NCBI GenBank assembly: GCA_044892525.1
Contig: CM097885.1
Location: forward strand, 39,184,001 to 39,248,000
Reading direction: 5' to 3'
From: Schmidtea polychroa
Lineage: Eukaryota
DNA length: 64,000 bases
Position 1 is the first letter of the stretch. Every line of letters starts with the position of its first letter. The notes under the pieces were generated by a model. That model made no database searches. It saw only the letters and a list, made by a program, of their open reading frames with translations, and had not been told where the DNA came from. Below, one piece after another: positions 1-9,305 of the stretch. The position numbers and the translations under genes are program-made.

Positions 1-1
1 A

Positions 2-3000
2 GGATTATGCGGATACTATCGCAAATTTATCAAAAATTATGCAGGAATTGCAAAACCAATCCAGGAATTAGTAAAGAAGGACATTTCGTTCATTTGGGGG
101 AAGGAACAACAAGAGGCGTTCGAAACGCTGAGAGATAAACTAATCGAAGCACCTATCCTCGTACACCCAGATTTTAAGAAGCCATTTCTATTGGCAACGG
201 ATGCAAGCGGGTACGCGGCAGGCGCGATTCTGGGACAATTAGATGATGAAGGAAAAGAGAGAGTAATCGGGTATTACAGTCGAACATTCAAAAAGCACGA
301 AAAGAACTATTCGGTAACAGAACGGGAAGCATTGGCTATAATACAAGCTATCAAACACTTCCGATACTTACTATGGGGACATGAGATATGTATAACCACA
401 GATCATCAACCATTAGTGTGGTTAGGGCAACATAAAGAAGCGTCCAGTAGACTGATGAGATGGGCCATGCAATTGCAAGAATACTCCCCATTTATAAAAT
501 TCAAAGCGGGAAGAGCAAATGCCAACGCCGATTGTATGTCAAGATTTATTTTCCCAGATTTGGTGGATTCAGAAATGCAACGCATATGCTTAATAGTAGC
601 GGAAGATTTGGATTTCTGTCAACTGCGAAAGGACCAACAAGAGGACGCGGAATTAAAACAAATTATCGATTATGTAAAAACCGGAAAGACAGATGTATAT
701 GCGAAAGACCAAAAATTAAAAGAACATATGGATAAACACCGACACCGATATATTATAGAGAAAGATTGGTTGCTGATAATGGATGGGGAAAAACGATTAA
801 TGTGTATACCGGAAAACCGACGAAAAGAGTTACTAACGCAATATCACGATGGGAGATTGGGAGGACATATGTCATCGAAAAAGACGTTAGCAAGAATGAA
901 ACAGAAATATTTTTGGCCTACGTTAACTGAAGATGTAACCGAATGGGTAAAAAATTGTCTAACTTGTGCAACCAGGAAGAATACTGGATCGAAATGGAAA
1001 GCACCTTTAACGCCAATGCCAGTACCAATAGAACCAATGACAATGATATCCATGGACGTAGTTGGTCCACTACCAGAGTCAGATAAAGGAAACGTTTACA
1101 TTCTAGTGATCACAGACTTTCTTACGAAATTCCCAGAAGCATTCGCGATGCCAGACCAAAAAGCTAAAACAATCGCAAAAATTTTGGTAGAAGAGATATG
1201 TTGCCGATATGGAACACCAAAACAAATCTTAACCGATCAGGGAACTAATTTTATGAGTGAGATAATGAGCGAAGTAACAAATTACTTCAAAATAGCAAAA
1301 CTAAGAACATCTCCATACCACCCTCAAACCAATGGGATGACGGAAAGATTTAATGGAACACTTATACAAATGTTATCAAACTACGTCGACCGTCACCAAC
1401 GAGATTGGGACGAATATATAAACCTATGTCTTATGGCATACAGAATGTCGATTCACGCATCAACGAAAATGAGCCCATTCAAATTAATGTACGGAAGAGA
1501 GTGTAATATGCCAATGGACCTGGAATACCAACCACCGATATCGCAGTATATGGAGATCGATGATTATGTTACGAAATTCAAGGAAAGAATGCAAGAGATT
1601 TGGGAAACTGCGGGATTAAATATCAAGTTCTACCAGGAAAGTTATAAAGATTTACACGATCGAAAGAAAAACGTGAAGCAACATACGTTTCAAACAGGTG
1701 ATTGGGTAATGATAGAAACCCCGGAATTAATTCCAGGAACCACAAAAAAGTTACAACGCAACGGAAAAGGACCATATGAGATCTTATTCGTAGGCGAAAC
1801 TAATGTAAGAGTGAAATTGGTAAATAACCCCTTTACCAGGCCAATATACGTAAACGTGGCACGATGCAAATCAATTCCAAAAACAGCCACTAGTCAACCA
1901 GAAGGCCGTACATTAACCACACGTTCGCAAACCTACAGAATGAACATGATGCAACAACTCGCAGAACCGATCACTGGACGATTAGGTATCCAACCATCAG
2001 AAGCGGAAAAGATTGTAAAAGAGGTAAAAATTAAAATACCTGGATGGGCAAAAGATCGATTAGATTTCGAAATATTAGGAGGATTATTGACGATGATCGA
2101 GAACTATGCAAATAGAGAAAGGACACACCCATTATTGCGAGTAGTCAAAAGCCAATGGCCAATATTATTTACCATAACAGATCATTACGGAGACACACCA
2201 TTACACAAACTCATGAAAGTAGGTAACAACGAGCAAATACTAGAAACAATAGAAGCATTTCACGACTGCAAGCGATCAACAGAACAAACAAACAACCAAG
2301 GTTACACACCATTAATGATAGCCGCAAACAGAGGCAAAACAAAAGACGTTATAACCGCATTACTCGATACTGGATCGAAAATAACTACACAAGACCACGA
2401 GCGGAAAAACGCTCTATATCATGCTATCGAAGGGAGAAGTACCGAGGCGTTCACGTCATTGATGGAACTACTATCATATGAGGACAATCGAGAAGTCGGA
2501 AACATGTATGATGGATTATTAACAGCGATCAAAGAGAAACTGACAACAATTACCGGAATATTAATTACATGGAGAAATCCAATTCAAAACGATTATATGA
2601 TCAACGTAAACGAAGCGTTCACGAGAGGAGAGAACACGCTGATGAGAGAAGCTATGAAAGGACATCATTTATTCGAAATCCCGAATCAATTACTAGAACG
2701 AGGGATAAAATTCACAAATCACAAAGATGAACAGTTAACAAAAAAGCGAATCGACACATTCGAAAAATCACTATTCCAATTTACTAACCAAGTACGAAAT
2801 AAATATTGGGAAACGGTAAGTGTGTTATATATGATGGACACAATGAATAACATCCGCGAGAATTACCTGGATATTATCCAAATACTTACAGCAGAGGAAC
2901 GAATCAATAATCCAAACGGAAAGAAAACGAAAATAAGGTATGAGAAATCCAGGGAATCAAAGTCAACAACGAACCAAACGGTCACAAACAACGTCATCGA

Positions 3001-5158
3001 AACCAAATCAATGAGTATAGATCAAGAGGCAATAATACGCAAAGCAAAAGAAGTGTTCTTTGAGGAAATGCTAGAGCTGCCAGACGAAATAATATTGTCC
3101 AAAATAATAAAAGCCGTACACACATACGCAAGAGATCAAACCACGGGTTTAGATATCGGGAAAATCAAAACCTTCTTGCCTCGAGCATTTACGATGGTAA
3201 CAAAGGATTCCAGAACACCTCTACAACAAGCAATACTAGCTGCAAAAGAGAATAGAGCAATAACGATCATGAGCATCCTTGGGGAGATGGGCGAGGAAAC
3301 CAACACGAAAAATGAACAAGGTGAAACCGCCATGATGTATGCAGCTATAACGAAAATACACCCAAAAACACTCCACATCCTACATCAATCAGGATCGAAA
3401 CTAGACGAAAGGTCCAATGAAGGAAATTCCACCTTGGACTGGGCAACCATACAGCCAAACTTAGAAATGATCAGATTTATTTGCAAAAATGCGACAAAGG
3501 AAGAAGTTGAAAACATGTGCAAAGACACATCTCAGTTTCAATGGAATACGATACGGAAAAATCTAGAAGCAATGAAATTATTATTAACCTGGAGAGTACC
3601 ACAAAATAATAAATATGCGATAAATGTAAACGAATTCTACGAAAACGGAGAAAATGCGATGGTAAAGAACACCCTAACTAAGGGGGGGACGCCTAAAATT
3701 ATTTTAATAGTATTAAATAGAGAAGACCTAAAATTCACGCAAAATCAGAACGAGCAACAACGAATTGGGAAACATCGTCGCATGCAATTGAGAGAGTTAG
3801 TTAAAGAATGGAATAGAAAGAGACATGCTGCAACGGGTAGAAAAGAGTTTGAATTCGAAGCAAAATTAGCAAGAAACAGAGTGCTAACAGCATATCGCAG
3901 ATTATTGAACGATATAAATGTCGAGGACGACATTTTAAACGACAGCGGGGGAGATAAAAACGATGACAATGACGGAAAAGGCCGAAAGGAGGATAAAGGG
4001 AAAAGAGAACCGGAAGAGGATAAACCGGAAAACAAGGATTTGGATACGAAAAGAGAGGGAAACAGGCCGGGAACCAAGACCAAAGAGGAGGAAAAATCGA
4101 ATAATGGAAAACAGAGGGTATGCCTACCTTTCACTAACAAAGAAATAGAGACAAATATGATATTAATGATAATTATGCTTACCATGATAGAGTTAGTAAC
4201 AGCTCAGGGAGGGACGAGAACGATAAAAGAAACCAAAGAAGCGGAGAATCAAGATAGCAAAGAGGATGAACTAAAGCAAGAAAAGAAAAAGCAAGCACAA
4301 GAGCAGCAGTGGGATTTAAAGGAAGAATGGGACTTAAAGGAAAGGTGCATACTAGGAAGATGCATGTCTAGAGCGTATCAGAAACTAGTACTGATAAATG
4401 AGGACACAGAACCAATAACAGAAGTAAGAATACAAGAAGCATACCGAAATCGAGACGGGAAGAGAATAACGAACGTTAAAGGAAAAGAGGTACACCTAGG
4501 AAAAGGTGGTGAAGTAGTAATAACGCAGCTCCAACCTAGAAGAGAGCACAAAGTCTGTATTTCAAGATTAGGACCAGGTGAGAGATGCCATCAATATGTG
4601 ACGCAGCAGCAGCCGCCGAAAGAATACACGGTTTGTATCTGGAGGAATGAATCAAAAAGAGAATGCCGACGATACCCAGGGAAAAGAGGAAAGAAAAGAA
4701 AAAACCACGACGAAAAGAACGAAGGAGGAAAGCACAAGAAAACCGGCGAGGAAGCTCAGGACAACTATGTTTCGGAGGAAGAGATGGAAAAAATACAAAA
4801 GATGGCAAAGGATGGTATGAACGAGGAAATAGCAAGAATACGGGAAATGATGAAAGGAAATGGCAAAAGAGGAAACGAGAAAGGTATAGAAGCGATATCA
4901 ACATTAACGAACAAGGAGAAACCAGAGAATATAAGCGTGAAGCAGATGATGTGGATCAGTGGGATAATAATAACAGGGGCCTTCCTAATCATAACGGGGG
5001 GAACAATAAAAATAATCAAAGATAAACGACATCGCGGAGAACTAGAGATGACCCGAATCAGAAATTTCCAACATCGAGTGAAACGACCAAGTGATATCAA
5101 ACAAGAACAGTGGGTGGAGGCCTGGAACGCTCAGCGCCCTCCAAACTCACGTATATAG
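2..5158 (+). CDS. pol: Pol polyprotein (5'-partial): RT thumb/connection, RNase H, integrase, ankyrin modules, membrane-anchored tail
   Basis: Frame is open from nt 2 (GLCGYYRKFIKNYAGIAKP...PFLLATDAS). RNase H: TDAS...EREALAI...TDHQPL. Integrase HHCC: HDGRLGGH...CLTC. Integrase core: MDVVGP...TDQGTNF...ERFN. GPF/Y-like: GDWVMI...GPYEI. No stop until 5158. Confidence 0.96.
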   Translation, partial: GLCGYYRKFIKNYAGIAKPIQELVKKDISFIWGKEQQEAFETLRDKLIEAPILVHPDFKKPFLLATDASGYAAGAILGQLDDEGKERVIGYYSRTFKKHEKNYSVTEREALAIIQAIKHFRYLLWGHEICITTDHQPLVWLGQHKEASSRLMRWAMQLQEYSPFIKFKAGRANANADCMSRFIFPDLVDSEMQRICLIVAEDLDFCQLRKDQQEDAELKQIIDYVKTGKTDVYAKDQKLKEHMDKHRHRYIIEKDWLLIMDGEKRLMCIPENRRKELLTQYHDGRLGGHMSSKKTLARMKQKYFWPTLTEDVTEWVKNCLTCATRKNTGSKWKAPLTPMPVPIEPMTMISMDVVGPLPESDKGNVYILVITDFLTKFPEAFAMPDQKAKTIAKILVEEICCRYGTPKQILTDQGTNFMSEIMSEVTNYFKIAKLRTSPYHPQTNGMTERFNGTLIQMLSNYVDRHQRDWDEYINLCLMAYRMSIHASTKMSPFKLMYGRECNMPMDLEYQPPISQYMEIDDYVTKFKERMQEIWETAGLNIKFYQESYKDLHDRKKNVKQHTFQTGDWVMIETPELIPGTTKKLQRNGKGPYEILFVGETNVRVKLVNNPFTRPIYVNVARCKSIPKTATSQPEGRTLTTRSQTYRMNMMQQLAEPITGRLGIQPSEAEKIVKEVKIKIPGWAKDRLDFEILGGLLTMIENYANRERTHPLLRVVKSQWPILFTITDHYGDTPLHKLMKVGNNEQILETIEAFHDCKRSTEQTNNQGYTPLMIAANRGKTKDVITALLDTGSKITTQDHERKNALYHAIEGRSTEAFTSLMELLSYEDNREVGNMYDGLLTAIKEKLTTITGILITWRNPIQNDYMINVNEAFTRGENTLMREAMKGHHLFEIPNQLLERGIKFTNHKDEQLTKKRIDTFEKSLFQFTNQVRNKYWETVSVLYMMDTMNNIRENYLDIIQILTAEERINNPNGKKTKIRYEKSRESKSTTNQTVTNNVIETKSMSIDQEAIIRKAKEVFFEEMLELPDEIILSKIIKAVHTYARDQTTGLDIGKIKTFLPRAFTMVTKDSRTPLQQAILAAKENRAITIMSILGEMGEETNTKNEQGETAMMYAAITKIHPKTLHILHQSGSKLDERSNEGNSTLDWATIQPNLEMIRFICKNATKEEVENMCKDTSQFQWNTIRKNLEAMKLLLTWRVPQNNKYAINVNEFYENGENAMVKNTLTKGGTPKIILIVLNREDLKFTQNQNEQQRIGKHRRMQLRELVKEWNRKRHAATGRKEFEFEAKLARNRVLTAYRRLLNDINVEDDILNDSGGDKNDDNDGKGRKEDKGKREPEEDKPENKDLDTKREGNRPGTKTKEEEKSNNGKQRVCLPFTNKEIETNMILMIIMLTMIELVTAQGGTRTIKETKEAENQDSKEDELKQEKKKQAQEQQWDLKEEWDLKERCILGRCMSRAYQKLVLINEDTEPITEVRIQEAYRNRDGKRITNVKGKEVHLGKGGEVVITQLQPRREHKVCISRLGPGERCHQYVTQQQPPKEYTVCIWRNESKRECRRYPGKRGKKRKNHDEKNEGGKHKKTGEEAQDNYVSEEEMEKIQKMAKDGMNEEIARIREMMKGNGKRGNEKGIEAISTLTNKEKPENISVKQMMWISGIIITGAFLIITGGTIKIIKDKRHRGELEMTRIRNFQHRVKRPSDIKQEQWVEAWNAQRPPNSRI
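2170..3770 (+). other. Two duplicated ankyrin-repeat modules within the pol ORF
   Basis: Ankyrin motifs GDTPLHKL, GYTPLMIAA, KNALYHAI, RTPLQQAI, GETAMMYAA, GNSTLDWA. Each module ends in a shared cap: TWRNPIQNDYMINVNE...GEN and TWRVPQNNKYAINVNE...GEN. Confidence 0.85.
4157..5158 (+). other. Env-like/type I membrane segment at the pol C-terminus
   Basis: In-frame signal-peptide-like MILMIIMLTMIELVTAQ at 4157, a Cys-containing ectodomain, TM-like MMWISGIIITGAFLIITGGTIKII (about 4946-5017) and a basic cytoplasmic tail. Confidence 0.6.
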
Positions 5159-5318
5159 AAAGGAATATGACTGTATATAATTGTAAAAAGTAAGTATATC
5201 TTATGTATATAACAGTACTATATCTTTATATAAGCGCGGTATCAATATTATACAATAACGGGAATCATAAAATAAAATTAAAGTTAAATAAGAGTTGAAA
5301 AGTGTATATAAATTAAGA

Positions 5319-5665
5319 ATGGATCAAGGAAATAACGAAATGAACCACAATACAGTAACTGAAGAATTATGGAAGCAACAATGTGCCGTATTAGCACAAT
5401 TAGTGTCCAATTTGCAAGAACAAGGATTGACGATGCACAGAGTATGAATAGAGGATTTAGTTATTTGAAGATAATTGAAGACCAGAGGTTGAAAATCGAA
5501 CAAATGCAAAGAGAGATAGAGAGGATAACCCAATATAGCCGTAGACAGGAAATTGAACTAAACAGAATGATGGAGGAAGCAGAACAGACAGAAATAGAAG
5601 ACTGGTCGGAATGGTTAATGAATAGAGAGGAGAGCGGACACGAAGCCGACTCTTCCGAACCCTAA
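5319..5665 (+). CDS. Small coiled-coil/acidic cargo ORF, possibly frameshifted or stop-start coupled
   Basis: A 42-aa ORF at 5319-5447 (MDQGNNEM...LAQLVSNLQEQG) ends in a TGA that overlaps ATG 5444 (ATGA). That ATG is in the 5369-5665 frame (EDQRLKIEQMQREIER...). Confidence 0.5.
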
Positions 5666-5750
5666 ACCAAACCTAGCTTAAAATGTAAATAATTGTAAAT
5701 AAAATATCGAACCTGTATCGATAAGAACTATTTGTACATATAATTATAGA

Positions 5751-7139
5751 ATGGATAAACGACAAAGAGAAGAGTTCAGAGAGATTGTCGAGCAAGTCCG
5801 AAAATCTACAACGATCAGAATACACAAACATGTTATGTGCGGAATATGTGAAAAGTTGTTAAAGGAACCTCACCAAACGCAATGTGGATGCAGAGTATGT
5901 AAAGAATGTATCAGTGAAGCAATAAAGAATAGACCACAGAGGTGCCCGGTGTGTAAAGAGACACTAATATCGAGTTTAGAAGACACTAACGAGGATAAAG
6001 CCGCAGTGAAAGACATGTTAAACACCAACCTGGGATGCAAAAATGCCCCATGCGAATGGAAAGGAGTAATATGGAAGGTAGTACAACATATGGGAGAATG
6101 TATGTACAGAATTGGCCAGTGTGAAAGGTGCCATAAAACCATTCGAGCAAGCGAAGAAAAAGAGCATCAAAGGCAGTGTGAGGAGAGATTAGAAAGATGT
6201 GAACACTGTGGAGAAATAGATACGTGGAAAAATCTCACCCTCAAACATCACAATGTCCAAGAGGAGAGAGTATGTGCAGAGTTCAGTGGGGAATGCCCAA
6301 ACGGATGTAACCAAGGGGAAATAATGAAGGTGGCACAGCATCTAAGGGAATGTGAAAAGAAAAGAATGACATGCGTACTAGGCAAATGGGGTTGTCAGAA
6401 ACTACTACACCGAGGGGAGTTACCACATCATTTAGTAGAAAATGCTTCAACCCACGCAGAAATGTGGTCGACTGCGTTACAAGAAAGCGAGGAGAAAGTA
6501 AAACAAATGGAGATAGAGATAGCATCGTTGAAAGTATTAGTCAAAGAACTACTAGAAGAAAGGGAAGCGTTCGAAGAAGCCCGAGCAAACATAAAGATGC
6601 AAATAAACCGAATAGAAATCAGTAATAATCAGGCCAAGGAGCTACATCAGAAAATACGGGAAATAAATCTAAATGAGATAACCCCAACAGCACCCTACAT
6701 ATGGAAGATTACGGGAGTAAAGGAAAGAATACGAAAAGCAAAAACCGGAGAAGAGACAAGAATAACAAGTCCTGCATTCCATTCTTGGAAAAATGGGTAC
6801 AAAATGAAAATGAAGATATATCCCAACGGGGACGGAACCGGATTAGACACACACTTTTCGATTTTCTTTCTGTTATGTAAAGGAGAATACGACGAAATAA
6901 TAGAGTGGCCGTTCCAGGCGAAAATCGATATTGCACTAATGAATGACCGAAACATCCACGAACAAAGCTTCAAGACAACTGGAAACCAAATGTGTTACCA
7001 GAGACCTACGGAAGAAGAAGGATCAGCAACAGGAGCACCTACGTTCATCCTACAACAAAAAGTAGAAGATATGGCAAGAAAGGGCACGGTGTATATCAAG
7101 ATGACCGTAAGGAAAGAGGAGAAGGGCAGAACGGAGTAA
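5751..7139 (+). CDS. TRAF: Intronless full-length TRAF-family protein (RING, TRAF zinc fingers, coiled coil, MATH), TRAF2/3-like
   Basis: RING CGIC...QTQCGCRVCKEC...CPVC; linker DKAAVKDM...CKNAPCEWKG; TRAF-type zinc fingers; MATH domain YIWKI...SPAF...GYKMKMKIYPNGDGTGLDTHFSIFFLLCKGEYDEIIEWPF. Confidence 0.95.
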   Translation: MDKRQREEFREIVEQVRKSTTIRIHKHVMCGICEKLLKEPHQTQCGCRVCKECISEAIKNRPQRCPVCKETLISSLEDTNEDKAAVKDMLNTNLGCKNAPCEWKGVIWKVVQHMGECMYRIGQCERCHKTIRASEEKEHQRQCEERLERCEHCGEIDTWKNLTLKHHNVQEERVCAEFSGECPNGCNQGEIMKVAQHLRECEKKRMTCVLGKWGCQKLLHRGELPHHLVENASTHAEMWSTALQESEEKVKQMEIEIASLKVLVKELLEEREAFEEARANIKMQINRIEISNNQAKELHQKIREINLNEITPTAPYIWKITGVKERIRKAKTGEETRITSPAFHSWKNGYKMKMKIYPNGDGTGLDTHFSIFFLLCKGEYDEIIEWPFQAKIDIALMNDRNIHEQSFKTTGNQMCYQRPTEEEGSATGAPTFILQQKVEDMARKGTVYIKMTVRKEEKGRTE

Positions 7140-7333
7140 ACGATCGAATAATGTTGTATATAATAATCTGTATATATCGGTGTATATAACCAATAAAATA
7201 TTATATAATAATAGTATGAAAAACCCTAAATACGTAAACCCAAAAATGATGCGAAAATTTCCAAAGAAACAGCAAATAATGAATAAATTCCTTTTTCATA
7301 ATAAAAAGCTTAATCGATGTCTATGATTTAGAG

Positions 7334-8389
7334 ATGACACAAGAGAAACTAACCGAAACTGCGATAGTCCCAACCAATGTCAACAAGACACAAATTCCCC
7401 GAGAACATAACAAAAAATGGAACAAAGTAATGTTCCAACTAACTAATCTCACCCGAAATCACATCGAAGAAGCTAGAGAGGATGAGAATAGTCAATACCA
7501 ATGGTTAATACACAACTTAAGAGCGGAAGCAGAAGCATGCAAAAGAGCATCAAAATGGGCGTCACTAGAAAATACCCGCCAAGAAGCGCACAGCCACTAC
7601 TTAAAGCAGCTAGTGCAGGAAGCGAGAAAGAGACTTACCGATGAGAACACCAAGCGCGAAGCGGAAAAGCAAATAGAAGGAAGGAAAATGATGCACTTAG
7701 TGGCAGAAGCGAGAAAATGGAAAAGACAAAGCAATGAAATGAAAAAAGAGATGAAAGAATTGCCCATGAGACTCGGATATGAGAGCGAACAGGGTAAATG
7801 GGAGGAAAATTTAATAATAAAGGAAGAACTGAAACGGTTGAAAAAGGTCGCCGCCCGAAGCCAAACATGGCAGATGAAGGCTATGGAGTTTGAACGACAT
7901 TTGGCAATAAAATGCGACATAAGAGAGCACGAGAATGCCGCAATGGAAGAGATGATAACCCAGCAAGCAGGACGGGTTGTGGAATTAGTAAATCAGGTCG
8001 AAGAGATGAAAAGAGACCTTAATGGATTACAAGGATCGTTAGAACAAAGAAACATGGTCCTGGCGGGAAAAAACAGAAAATTAGAAAACGAGAGGAAAAT
8101 GTATACCGAAAATATCAAAAACTTGGAAATAGAAATTGAAAAATGGAAGGGCGACGAGAAAATCAAGGCCTTAGATAGACAAGTAGAGGCGAAAGACGAA
8201 GAGACAAGGTATCTCACTTATCTGCTCGACGAAGAGCTGAATATCACTCGAGCTCTAAGAGACGAAGTTAATGAATTGAGAGCTCAAATCCCCCAATATT
8301 ACCTACCCTATGACCCTATTGCGATACAGTTGCATCCAGCGGTCGATAGTGATGAAGGTTATGTGGGACAGGAGGAAACCTTCGTATAA
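7334..8389 (+). CDS. Uncharacterised coiled-coil cargo protein (351 aa)
   Basis: Long intact ORF with the same A-rich composition as pol; E/K/R heptad-rich; no recognisable domain. Confidence 0.75.
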   Translation: MTQEKLTETAIVPTNVNKTQIPREHNKKWNKVMFQLTNLTRNHIEEAREDENSQYQWLIHNLRAEAEACKRASKWASLENTRQEAHSHYLKQLVQEARKRLTDENTKREAEKQIEGRKMMHLVAEARKWKRQSNEMKKEMKELPMRLGYESEQGKWEENLIIKEELKRLKKVAARSQTWQMKAMEFERHLAIKCDIREHENAAMEEMITQQAGRVVELVNQVEEMKRDLNGLQGSLEQRNMVLAGKNRKLENERKMYTENIKNLEIEIEKWKGDEKIKALDRQVEAKDEETRYLTYLLDEELNITRALRDEVNELRAQIPQYYLPYDPIAIQLHPAVDSDEGYVGQEETFV

Positions 8390-8502
8390 GGGTGAATAAA
8401 AGGATAAAAACAAAAATCGGGACGTATATCCCAAACAAAAAAATTAAAGTATTGTAAAAGTATTCAAGGGACTGTAACCCGAACTATTAAAATTTTATAT
8501 AA

Positions 8503-9264
8503 ATGCATAAGTATAAGTCGCACTATAGCGCACCATTAACTGTACATATTACAGATATGAAAATCGAGGAAATAATAGAAATTACGAGCGACGTGGAAGA
8601 GGGAGAGATTGAGGCAGAAACAACAGAAACACAAACGTTAAAGGCCAAGTTACGGGAAGAGAGGGACGAAAACGAGAGACTAATAAACAAATATATAGAA
8701 GACCGAAAAATGATTAAAATACTAAAGAAGGAGTGCGAAGCGTTAGGAGAAATAAAGAGAGAAGCTGAAGAGAAGAATGAATGGTTGCAAGAACAACGAA
8801 CACGAGGAAGAAACTGGGAAAAGATTGCAGAGGAACTATGGCAAGAGAGGGCAAGCTTCAAGGCAGAAGAAGTAATCCAAGATTATTGGAAAACAGAGGC
8901 GAAAGAACACCAAATAACTATAAATAAATTAAATCGACAATTGGAGGAAAAACAACGAGAAAGTGAGGAAATGAAGAAATGGATTCGCAAGTACCAAGAG
9001 ATCGAGAGAAAACAACAACAACAACAACAACGAAACCTTTCGCAGGAAAACGAACAAGATTTCCTACAAATCGAACTAAAAAGGAATCTCGACAAAAAAC
9101 GGGAAGAAATTAAGAGACTGAAAAAGGAGATAAGGCACATGAAAAGGGAGGCCCGTGAAAAGAACAGACAGTTGGAAATGCTGCCCGAGTTAAGACACAG
9201 AGTCATTAAAGCGGAATCCACCCTGATGAGAATCGCCGAAAATAACCCAAACCAGAATCATTAA
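8503..9264 (+). CDS. Uncharacterised coiled-coil cargo protein (likely start ATG 8557)
   Basis: Intact 253-aa ORF with an acidic N-terminus, then heptads and a polyQ tract. ATG 8557 follows the shared TGTACATAT...AG motif. Confidence 0.75.
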   Translation: MHKYKSHYSAPLTVHITDMKIEEIIEITSDVEEGEIEAETTETQTLKAKLREERDENERLINKYIEDRKMIKILKKECEALGEIKREAEEKNEWLQEQRTRGRNWEKIAEELWQERASFKAEEVIQDYWKTEAKEHQITINKLNRQLEEKQRESEEMKKWIRKYQEIERKQQQQQQRNLSQENEQDFLQIELKRNLDKKREEIKRLKKEIRHMKREAREKNRQLEMLPELRHRVIKAESTLMRIAENNPNQNH

Positions 9265-9305
9265 ATTAAGGGTCACTAAAACCAATTGTAAATAAACCAT
9301 AATGA

